A program made the position numbers and the translations under genes. A stretch of DNA of 32,000 nt, from assembly GCA_965230905.1 (NCBI GenBank), contig OZ246396.1, forward strand, positions 780,001 through 812,000, in the 5' to 3' direction. The notes beneath the pieces were generated by a model that ran no database searches, had not been told where the DNA came from, and saw only the letters and a list, made by a program, of their open reading frames with translations. The number at the start of each line of letters is the position of its first letter. Position 1 is the stretch's first letter. The stretch comes from Candidatus Saccharimonadota bacterium. GTDB taxonomy: Bacteria > Patescibacteriota > Gracilibacteria > UBA1369 > 2-02-FULL-48-14. This document shows positions 23,796-31,000 of this stretch, one piece after another.

Positions 23796-24530
23796 TTATT
23801 CCAACGGTAGCTTGAGGTCGCTGGGCAGAGTGTCCGTGGGGAGGTTTTCTTCGATTATCGGATCTTCTTCGGCTTCTTCCTCGAGTTCTTCTTCCTCTTC
23901 ATCCGTGGAATCTGGTATTACGATTGGATCAATTTCTGTGATATTGAATTCAATATCAAGGGCAGCTTCTTCGTGAAGATTAAACACAGAGTCGAAGGTC
24001 GATTCAATTTCGGCGACTTCCTCTTCTTTGCCTTCTGCTTTTAATTCTTTAAGGTGCTCCACAACGGCCTTGGCGTTTACGTCCAATTCCTGTTTGACCT
24101 CGGTCTTTATTTTAATGTCGAGTTTACCTGCGTTCTTTAAGGTTTCCACCTCTTCGAGACGACGTTCGATGCGGTCGAGTTCCCACTGAGCTTTGGACTT
24201 AGCGTCGAAATAGAAAAAGCCCTGCACTTGTTCGTTCACGTGGATTTTAACTGGGTAGAGAAGGTCACCGGGCACGGTGGATTCGGCGGCATAAGAAAGT
24301 CCGCTGGCAGAAACCACAAATACTCCGAGCAAGGTGGCAGTGGCTGCCATGGGGCGTCGGGTCATTGCGTAGAAACGGTCTAAGAAACGGGTGAAACCGC
24401 GGTCGTAATTTTGCCGGTGCACAGGATTTTTTTCCATGAATTCCAAGAATTCATTTCGTCCATCGCTCTTTTCCTCCTCGGAAAGACAAATAGAGTGGAC
24501 CGCATTTTTTAGTTTCTTAAATTCTTTCAT
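23796..24530 (-). CDS. putative anti-sigma/DUF5667-like membrane protein
   Basis: It overlaps the ECF sigma gene by 14 nt. It has a short cytoplasmic N-terminus, one TM helix (AATATLLGVFVVSASGL) and PGDLLYPVK as in DUF5667. The C-terminal tail is acidic. Confidence 0.6.
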   Translation of the reverse strand: MKEFKKLKNAVHSICLSEEEKSDGRNEFLEFMEKNPVHRQNYDRGFTRFLDRFYAMTRRPMAATATLLGVFVVSASGLSYAAESTVPGDLLYPVKIHVNEQVQGFFYFDAKSKAQWELDRIERRLEEVETLKNAGKLDIKIKTEVKQELDVNAKAVVEHLKELKAEGKEEEVAEIESTFDSVFNLHEEAALDIEFNITEIDPIVIPDSTDEEEEELEEEAEEDPIIEENLPTDTLPSDLKLPLE

Positions 24531-25032
24531 AGTTTCTTAAATATTTACGTAAGTCTTGTAAAGCCCGGTTTAGGCGCACCGAAACCAGGTTTTCACTGAT
24601 CCCCAGGGCATCAGCTGTTTGTTTGAGTGAGAGGTCACTGAAGTAGCGAAGCATCACTACTTCCTTGTATTCATCCTTCACATGCTCCAGAATTTTGAGG
24701 GCGTCTTTGGCGTCGAGTTCATCTTTGAGTTTTCCGCTTCGGTCTTCACCGGGTTCGATCCCAAATTCTACCATATCCTCCAGGGAGTCGGTTCTTTTTG
24801 AGCTGGGGCGACGGCTGTGATCAATAATTAAGTTGGTCGCAATCTTATAAAGAAGGGACTTGAGATTCTCAATTTTTTCTTCGGTTTCCCCGTAGTGTTT
24901 CCAAGCTTTCATAAAGGTTTCTTGTGTGAGATCCTTGGCGAGTTCGCGATCGTAAACTCTAAGGTAACAATGGCGGAATATGGCATCTGCATGTTTGTCA
25001 TAAGCTTCGGCGAAAATTTCTTGAGGCTGCAT
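24517..25032 (-). CDS. ECF-type RNA polymerase sigma-70 family factor
   Basis: Region 2 (AIFRHCYLRVYDRELAKDLTQETFMKAW) and region 4 HTH (SLKQTADALGISENLVSVRLNRALQDLRK). Confidence 0.9.
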   Translation of the reverse strand: MQPQEIFAEAYDKHADAIFRHCYLRVYDRELAKDLTQETFMKAWKHYGETEEKIENLKSLLYKIATNLIIDHSRRPSSKRTDSLEDMVEFGIEPGEDRSGKLKDELDAKDALKILEHVKDEYKEVVMLRYFSDLSLKQTADALGISENLVSVRLNRALQDLRKYLRNYERI

Positions 25033-25106
25033 ATAGTGCCTTACGTGAGATAGGACGCTAGTATAACAAAAACCTTACAGGAAAAAAAGTGGTGGGAGGG
25101 AAAGGC

Positions 25107-25817
25107 TTAGTTCTCTGAATAAAAGCGCTGGATGTAATCTTGGATGTATTCGTTTTTGGCTTCTTCTGACTCCAGGCGCTTTGGGGTTTCTACTTCTGGA
25201 CCTACGTCTATGCCGGCTACTTTGCAGAAGGCTGGAATGATTCCTTCATTTACAATAGGCCCAAGTTCATCGAGCATGCGGCGAGTGTCGGTGCGGGCGG
25301 CCTCAATATTTTTTGGAGTGGGATTCCGTAAGGCCATTCCAACGGCTTCCTGGGGATCGTAGAGCTCGGTATTCGAACCCTGCAGGGCATGGGGAAGGGA
25401 GATGGTCTTTCGCCAAGCTACGTCGTATTCTCGATGCAGAATTTCCCGGTGACTGAAAGAAACCGTAAAGATGACGTCAGCTAATTCTTTAGCATTGGGG
25501 CTCCATTCCATTGCTTTTGAGCGCATGGCCTCAGCGCGGACTCTACTCTCGTCTTTCATCTCCTCGATTAAGTAGGGGTTAATGGGGCCTCCGTTTCCAT
25601 CCCAGGGTCTGGCTCCTGCGGAGCGGACGTCGATGTACGGGAGCAGCAGTGCTTCATCCAAAGCTTCTTTCATCAAGAGCTCCAATGCTGGAGAGCGGTT
25701 GTAGTTTGCGGTGCACACAAAAGCTATCGAGAGAGGCTGTCGTCCTTTTTTTAGGTTTTCTTTAAAGGCCTGAGGAAGGGCGTCGATTAAGCGATCTGGA
25801 TTCAGAGAGTTGGACAT
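25107..25817 (-). CDS. low-molecular-weight phosphotyrosine phosphatase/ArsC-like protein with C-terminal extension
   Basis: P-loop IAFVCTANYNRS (C-X5-R-S), SAG, and a DP general-acid motif (ELYDPQEA). At 236 aa it is clearly longer than the typical short (about 150-aa) LMW-PTPs. Confidence 0.65.
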   Translation of the reverse strand: MSNSLNPDRLIDALPQAFKENLKKGRQPLSIAFVCTANYNRSPALELLMKEALDEALLLPYIDVRSAGARPWDGNGGPINPYLIEEMKDESRVRAEAMRSKAMEWSPNAKELADVIFTVSFSHREILHREYDVAWRKTISLPHALQGSNTELYDPQEAVGMALRNPTPKNIEAARTDTRRMLDELGPIVNEGIIPAFCKVAGIDVGPEVETPKRLESEEAKNEYIQDYIQRFYSEN

Positions 25818-25874
25818 AAGCGAGAACCCAATTCTAACATTATTTTAATATTCGTCAATATGCCGTCTGCGTCA

Positions 25875-26258
25875 TTAAGTTTTACTGAAGGGAAATTCTT
25901 CGTATTCCTTATGTTCTATATCCTCAAGGATTCGATCCATATTTTTGTTCAACTGGCCGAGTACTTCTGAATTATTCATGGCCATATTCATTCCAAAAAC
26001 TTTGTCTTTCTTTAGTCGGATGAGCGCTGGCACCACTTTTTGACTTTCTGTGACGAGGAAAACTATCATTCTAGCCCCGTTTCTTTTACCTACTCGTACT
26101 TTGAAGAAGCGAAAACCCCGTGCATTTGAGGGGGCTTTGACTTCTGTGACCAAACCTTTTAGTGCTTTTTTCGCTCCATCTAAAATATCTTCCAAATCAA
26201 TAAAACGGCTCAAAGGAGCCAGCTCATGCTTTGCAATGTACTTTGTAATAAGAAGCAT
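25875..26258 (-). CDS. RelE/HigB-superfamily-like toxin (127 aa)
   Basis: It overlaps the upstream antitoxin stop by 1 nt (TAATG). The core FFKVRVGKRNGARMIVFLVTESQKVVPALIRLKKDK resembles the K.Rv...G.R.Iy....i.ll.i..K pattern of RelE/HigB-like toxins. Confidence 0.55.
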   Translation of the reverse strand: MLLITKYIAKHELAPLSRFIDLEDILDGAKKALKGLVTEVKAPSNARGFRFFKVRVGKRNGARMIVFLVTESQKVVPALIRLKKDKVFGMNMAMNNSEVLGQLNKNMDRILEDIEHKEYEEFPFSKT

Positions 26259-26497
26259 TAACTCAATAATTTAGCTAATTTGGCTGCTGTCGCATTGAGC
26301 TTCTGGTCGTCAAAGAAAAGTTCTTCTACTTCAGGCTCTTGATCGGAAGTATCAATACTCAGGGAAATTTTTCCATCTACAAAGCCTTTCATCGCATAGG
26401 TAAGCAATGCTTTAAGGGTAATGCCTTGGCTCTTTGCCTTTTCTAAAGCTCTGTTTTTCAGGTCTTTATCTGCAGTGAAGGAAACCTGAGTAGTCAT
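26258..26497 (-). CDS. RelB/DinJ-family (ribbon-helix-helix) antitoxin
   Basis: The N-terminus TTQVSFTADKDLKNRALEKAKSQGITLKALLTYAMKGF parallels DinJ (..v.aRiDedlKn.A..vl...Glt.sd..r..l). Confidence 0.7.
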   Translation of the reverse strand: MTTQVSFTADKDLKNRALEKAKSQGITLKALLTYAMKGFVDGKISLSIDTSDQEPEVEELFFDDQKLNATAAKLAKLLS

Positions 26498-26519
26498 AAA
26501 CTATTTATTAAGTAGTTTA

Positions 26520-26548
26520 AGTATATATTAAAACTAGCTTTGTGACAA
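26520..26548 (-). promoter_or_regulatory. predicted promoter of the dinJ/relE-like operon
   Basis: Minus strand TTGTCA (26548-26543), a 17-nt spacer, then TATACT (26525-26520). A short inverted repeat AACTA-N9-TAGTT lies just before the ATG. Confidence 0.45.
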
Positions 26549-26642
26549 TCTAACTGGTACTCGGCTGACGCCTCGTGCCATCGTTTTTTTCGCTGTGCTC
26601 GCACTGACGTGCCTTTTTACATTCGTAAAAAGAAAAAACTTC

Positions 26643-26719
26643 TGGTCGGAGTGGCGGGATTTGAACCCACGACCTCTTGGACCCCATCCAAGCGCGCTAG
26701 CCAACTGCGCTACACCCCG
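26643..26719 (-). tRNA. tRNA-Pro (anticodon GGG), CCA encoded
   Basis: Hand-folded cloverleaf of 77 nt. Acceptor CGGGGTG/CACTCCG, D stem GCGC/GCGC, anticodon stem CTTGG/CCAAG with loop AT-GGG-GT (G37). Variable loop AGGTC, T arm GTGGG-TTCAAAT-CCCGC, discriminator A, then CCA. Confidence 0.92.
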
Positions 26720-26728
26720 ACGTGCATC

Positions 26729-26757
26729 TTTTTAACAGAATTATTTGGCTTTGTGAA
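26729..26757 (-). promoter_or_regulatory. possible promoter for tRNA-Pro
   Basis: Minus strand TTCACA (26757-26752), a 17-nt spacer, then TAAAAA (26734-26729), ending 9 nt before the mature 5' end. Confidence 0.35.
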
Positions 26758-26763
26758 CCTAAA

Positions 26764-28014
26764 TTAGATTAAAGTCTTGATCTTGCGGAGCCCGAGCACC
26801 GTGGTGGTGCCCTCTGCCGCGATGGCGGAGCCGAGGATGAAAATGGTTTTGAGTCCGAGGTCTGGGATGAAGGTAGAAACCAGGAGAAGGCTGAGTCCCA
26901 CTAGTAGGGCAAGGCCTTCTCTTTTTAGGAGCCACAGGTCTTTTTCAAAGGCGAAAAGCGTGATGAGCACTAGGTCATAAAAGTACGAAACGGCGGCGAG
27001 GATGAGGAGCATGGGGAGGATGAACCAGAGCTCGGGGAGGATGAAGAGTTTTCCGCTGAGTAGCTCTATGGCGGTGGGGGCGACGAAGGAGCCCCCTAAA
27101 ACCATGAGTATGGCCAGCACGAAAAGACTTTTTTTCAGCGTGTGCAGCAAGTCGCGAATTTTTTGTTTTTCTTTATGTTCAATGGCTTGTTTGAGCGCGG
27201 GCAGTGAAGAGAACATGAGCAGAGTGGAGAGCAGGGCCGCGGTGCTGGCGATGTGCAGACTTAAATTGTAGGAACCGTACTGCGCGTCGGTCAGGGTTTT
27301 AGCGGCAAACAGACTGGGTAGAAAGCGGAAATATAAATTGTTGATTATGTTGATGATTCCAAAAGGCAGCGCGGTGAGGAAAAGCATTTTCATAAGGTCG
27401 CGGTCGAGTTTCCATTCCAGGCGAATCAGCCTGCGGACGAATAAAAATGAAAGACTGGCGGTTACTACAGCGCCCAGCAGTGGACCTAGGAAAAAGATCG
27501 GCGCGCTTGTGGGTGCGCCCATTTTCACCAGCACTAGTAGCAGTGCCAAATTCGCTGCCCGTCCCAAAACCAGTGCCGCCACCGCGCGCCCCATCTTATA
27601 GTTTGCCTGCAGCATTCCGTCGCACACAGAGGTGATGTAGTCCAAAAACAGCGAGCCCATAAAAAAGACCATACCCAGGGCGAACACGGGGTTTGGTATC
27701 CAAATCCAGGCGACGCCCGCGCCCACGCCAAAAAAAATCAGCGCCGTGGCCATGCGCAGCACCAGTGCATTCACAAAGAGCTTTCCATCGCGCGGGCTCT
27801 CGGACATTTTGCGCACCGTGTTTCCAAAAATTCCCAAATTCGCGGCCACCGAAAAAAACAGCGCGTACTCGGAGATCTTTCCGTAGAGGCCGTACTCGTC
27901 CGCACCCAGGGCGTTGGTGACCAGTTTGATGCTGACCATGCCCATGACAATTTGGGCCAGCTTTCCTAAAAGCTGTACCAGGGTGGACCAAACGATTTTA
28001 TTGTAATACTTCAA
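26764..28014 (-). CDS. MOP-superfamily polysaccharide/lipid-linked oligosaccharide flippase (Wzx/Polysacc_synt-like)
   Basis: About 12-14 TM helices. The N-terminal KIVWSTLVQLLGKLAQIVMGMVSIKLVTNALGADEYGLYG is typical of Polysacc_synt proteins. There is no in-frame ATG before TM1, so the start is probably TTG 28014 (the track uses TTG 28068). Confidence 0.8.
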   Translation of the reverse strand: MKYYNKIVWSTLVQLLGKLAQIVMGMVSIKLVTNALGADEYGLYGKISEYALFFSVAANLGIFGNTVRKMSESPRDGKLFVNALVLRMATALIFFGVGAGVAWIWIPNPVFALGMVFFMGSLFLDYITSVCDGMLQANYKMGRAVAALVLGRAANLALLLVLVKMGAPTSAPIFFLGPLLGAVVTASLSFLFVRRLIRLEWKLDRDLMKMLFLTALPFGIINIINNLYFRFLPSLFAAKTLTDAQYGSYNLSLHIASTAALLSTLLMFSSLPALKQAIEHKEKQKIRDLLHTLKKSLFVLAILMVLGGSFVAPTAIELLSGKLFILPELWFILPMLLILAAVSYFYDLVLITLFAFEKDLWLLKREGLALLVGLSLLLVSTFIPDLGLKTIFILGSAIAAEGTTTVLGLRKIKTLI

Positions 28015-28747
28015 TGATTCGTGGTTCGCCCAACAGGATATCACTGTCGTGCCAATCGTGCAGGGCAAAGTCCACCACGTCCCAGTCGTACACGTAGTCC
28101 GCGCCGTTGCGGGTTCCCACGTCGTGCGTCACAATCTGCATTTTTGTCGCGTCGTAACCCTTCACCACCATCATGTGGTACACCGGCCCGCCGTTTTTGT
28201 AGTTGGGATTGCCCAAATGCTGGCCGGCAAAAGGTGCAATGATCAAATGACCCTGCGCCAGAATTTCCTGAAAATCCTCAAAGCTTGGATTCTCGTGGAT
28301 CACGGTTTCCAGACCGTATTGGTTCCTCATCATTTGAGCGGTTTGTTCGATGGTGGTGTGCTCGTAAGCCCCAAAGGTTGCGATTTCCCAGTCCACCAGC
28401 CGCAAAAGCTCCTCATTGAACCCGTTCACGTCCAAATTCATGGCCTTGTACAGGTTCGCCACCAGCAGCACGCTGGCCTCTTCACAGGCTTCCTGCCAGG
28501 GGTAATCCCAATTGCTCAGCGGCGCCTGTGTGTAAAAAGGCATGCTGATGTTGATGGACGTAGGCAGCTCTGGCTGAACCTGGGGCAGGTCCTCCAGGGA
28601 CTTTTTATCCTCCAAAATGTCCTCCAGCGTGATGGGGGTCGGGGCATCGGGGCCCTGGAGCTGCTGCTCCTGCCAATAGCCGTGCACCAGGTAGGTGCCT
28701 GTGCCTACAAAGGCCAGTACAAGCACACTTAAAATGACTTTTTTCAT
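27998..28747 (-). CDS. membrane-anchored C39-like (Peptidase_C39_2-type) cysteine peptidase domain protein
   Basis: N-terminal signal/anchor MKKVILSVLVLAFVG. It also has MPFYTQAPLSNWDYPWQEACEEASVLLV (catalytic Cys context) and GPVYHMMVVKGYD (His context). Confidence 0.7.
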   Translation of the reverse strand: MKKVILSVLVLAFVGTGTYLVHGYWQEQQLQGPDAPTPITLEDILEDKKSLEDLPQVQPELPTSINISMPFYTQAPLSNWDYPWQEACEEASVLLVANLYKAMNLDVNGFNEELLRLVDWEIATFGAYEHTTIEQTAQMMRNQYGLETVIHENPSFEDFQEILAQGHLIIAPFAGQHLGNPNYKNGGPVYHMMVVKGYDATKMQIVTHDVGTRNGADYVYDWDVVDFALHDWHDSDILLGEPRIIEVLQ

Positions 28748-28786
28748 GCCCCTAGTCTAGCCCTTTCAATCTTAAACGCAAACTAC

Positions 28787-28814
28787 TTGCCAAACTCTTG
28801 ATATATGCTAAAAT
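28787..28814 (+). promoter_or_regulatory. predicted promoter of the GGDEF gene
   Basis: TTGCCA (28787-28792), a 16-nt spacer, then TAAAAT (28809-28814). The ATG is at 28845. Confidence 0.45.
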
Positions 28815-28844
28815 AGCCAGGCTTGCTCCTAAAACTCATAATAA

Positions 28845-29924
28845 ATGAAAGGTCCACGTTTTGAAGACCGATTGCAAATTTTGAAAGCTGAATCTTTTAA
28901 AGGAGGCTTAGCTTCATTGGCTTTGGCTTCAGGACTGGTTGCCGATTCCATGGATGACGAGGACCCCGACACCGCCCCTAATAAATTGCTGGGAAGCGCT
29001 CTTTTGCATGGACTGGAGTCCTCTCGTTTTGTGGAGGGGATGAACCAGGAAGAAACTCACGCTGTTCGTTTGGCCGTTCGACGCTTTGTGGACGATTTAT
29101 GCTTTGAAGCTCCACGTGAACGCAAGCCTTCTTCTCAGGAGTTGCTCTATCACGGAGGGGACTCAGCAGAATTGGTTGCAGCACGTATAGAACAATATAT
29201 AAAGGATTTTATACACGCCTTTAAACCTGAAATTTTCTCTCGGTATATACAATATGAGATGAGAATAATGGCACTTGAAAAGTATCGTCGGGATCCTCTC
29301 ACGGGACTGTATGTGAGAAGGGCAGGTCAGGAGGCCGTTCAGACTTTGATTGAAAGAGATCCTACTCAAACGATTGGAGTGATTCTGCATGACATCGATA
29401 AATTTAAGAACTTCAATGACACGCACGGTCATGCCACCGGAGACGCTGTTTTGGCTCACGTGGGTGCGCTCCTTCGTAAAGATGCTCGTCCCACGGACGT
29501 GCTCATCAATTTAGGTAGAGAGCCAAAAGGGGGTCCGGAGGAGCGAGCTGAATTCCTTGCTTTGCTTGATGAACCGGAACAAGGGGCTGCAGTGGAATCT
29601 CATATGCAAGTTCGACCTGGAGGAGAAGAATTCATGGAGATTGTTTGTGTGAATGAGCGTGAAGGAGCGGTCTTTGTGGCCCGCCGTCAATCTCGTGTGG
29701 TGAGAAATACTCCTTTCCGGCAAGAAAATGGGCCGGACCTTAGTGTCACCATGTCGACGGGAGTGGCTTTTGGGCCAGTTGTCGACTTCAATACTCTGGT
29801 AAAAAATGCCGATATGGCTATGTACTGGGCTAAACGTGGGACTCAATTTCCAAATGAACCGGAGGCGGAGAATAATCGAAATCAGGTTTGGGTCTACGAT
29901 AGAACCCGTCCGGAGCCGCGTTAG
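28845..29924 (+). CDS. GGDEF-domain protein (putative diguanylate cyclase) with unknown N-terminal domain
   Basis: RDPLTGLYVRR, ILHDIDKFKNFNDTHGHATGDAVL and RPGGEEF motifs. An insertion of about 30 aa sits between the D(V)L strand and GGEEF. Confidence 0.8.
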   Translation: MKGPRFEDRLQILKAESFKGGLASLALASGLVADSMDDEDPDTAPNKLLGSALLHGLESSRFVEGMNQEETHAVRLAVRRFVDDLCFEAPRERKPSSQELLYHGGDSAELVAARIEQYIKDFIHAFKPEIFSRYIQYEMRIMALEKYRRDPLTGLYVRRAGQEAVQTLIERDPTQTIGVILHDIDKFKNFNDTHGHATGDAVLAHVGALLRKDARPTDVLINLGREPKGGPEERAEFLALLDEPEQGAAVESHMQVRPGGEEFMEIVCVNEREGAVFVARRQSRVVRNTPFRQENGPDLSVTMSTGVAFGPVVDFNTLVKNADMAMYWAKRGTQFPNEPEAENNRNQVWVYDRTRPEPR

Positions 29925-29977
29925 CCTCTTTACTAAAGCGCCCCGTTTGACTACAATCGGTTTTGCTTTTTAAACGT

Positions 29978-31000
29978 ATGTTTACTCTAAAAAATAAACT
30001 CGATAAGGCGACTTGCCTAAAGAAGTTGGAGGCCGAACCGTTCAAGCGTGTGACGCTGTCTTTTTACCGATATGTGAAGATTGAGCATGTTCGCGAATTC
30101 CGAGACCAATTGTTCCGAGAATGGAGCGATTTGGGTGTTTTTGGGCGAATTTACCTCGCTCGTGAGGGAATTAACGCTCAAATAAGCGTCCCAGAGCAGC
30201 ATTTCGATGCCCTGCGGGTGAATTTGGAGAGTCATGGGCCCTTTAAGGCTATGCCGTTTAAGATCGGTGTAGAACAGGGCGAATCCTTTTATAAGCTCGC
30301 TATTAAGATCAAAAATCAGATTGTGACGGACGGCCTGCCAGAAGATAGCTACGACCTTTCCCAGGTTGGGAACCATCTGTCGGCCGAGGAGTTCAATAAG
30401 GCTCTGGAGGATGGAGGCGCGATTGCTGTGGACATGCGGAACTTTTATGAGAGTAAAATTGGCCGTTTTGAGGGAGCTTTTTGCCCGGACAGCAATACTT
30501 TTAAGGAGGAATTGCCCATGGCGCTGGAGGCCCTAAAAGGGAAAGAAGACAAGAAACTGCTGCTGTACTGTACTGGTGGGATTCGCTGCGAAAAGGCCAG
30601 CGCCTACTTTAAACACCATGGTTTTAAGGATGTGAATCAGCTTCAAGGCGGAATCATTGCCTACGCCCATGAGGTTGAAGTCAAAGGCTTGCCCTCTAAG
30701 TTTAAGGGTAGCAATTATGTGTTTGATGAACGTATCAGCGAGCGCATCACCCCCGATATTTTGAGCGAATGTGACCAATGCGATGTCAAAAGCGACCACT
30801 ATGTGAACTGCGCCAATGCCGCTTGCAACCTGCTATTCCTGCAATGTGAGGCGTGCGGGGAGCGTATGCAGGGGGCTTGCACAGCGGCGTGCCAACAGAT
30901 TGTGCAGCTGCCGGAAGCGGAGCGAAAAGCTCACTACGCTGCGCAGAAAGAGGCTACCTACGACGTGTACATTTCTCGCATACGGCCAAACCTTAAGTAG
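29978..31000 (+). CDS. trhO: rhodanese-domain tRNA uridine(34) hydroxylase (UPF0176/YceA family)
   Basis: YRY...REGINAQISVP N-domain, rhodanese loop LLYCTGGIRCEKASAY, and a C-terminal Cys cluster. The ATG at 29978 was preferred over the TTG track start. Confidence 0.88.
   Translation: MFTLKNKLDKATCLKKLEAEPFKRVTLSFYRYVKIEHVREFRDQLFREWSDLGVFGRIYLAREGINAQISVPEQHFDALRVNLESHGPFKAMPFKIGVEQGESFYKLAIKIKNQIVTDGLPEDSYDLSQVGNHLSAEEFNKALEDGGAIAVDMRNFYESKIGRFEGAFCPDSNTFKEELPMALEALKGKEDKKLLLYCTGGIRCEKASAYFKHHGFKDVNQLQGGIIAYAHEVEVKGLPSKFKGSNYVFDERISERITPDILSECDQCDVKSDHYVNCANAACNLLFLQCEACGERMQGACTAACQQIVQLPEAERKAHYAAQKEATYDVYISRIRPNLK

Noticed and set aside
20645-26763. Calling the tRNA-Pro-adjacent stretch an integrative mobile element
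   Set aside because: No integrase, recombinase or transposase ORF is present. Reading the intergenic regions, I found no direct repeat of the tRNA 3' end. It is reported only as a compositionally distinct accessory stretch.
28049-28732. 227-aa plus-strand ORF antisense to the C39-like peptidase gene
   Set aside because: Reverse-frame artefact (V/H/Q-rich). The minus-strand product has a signal anchor and the peptidase Cys and His contexts.
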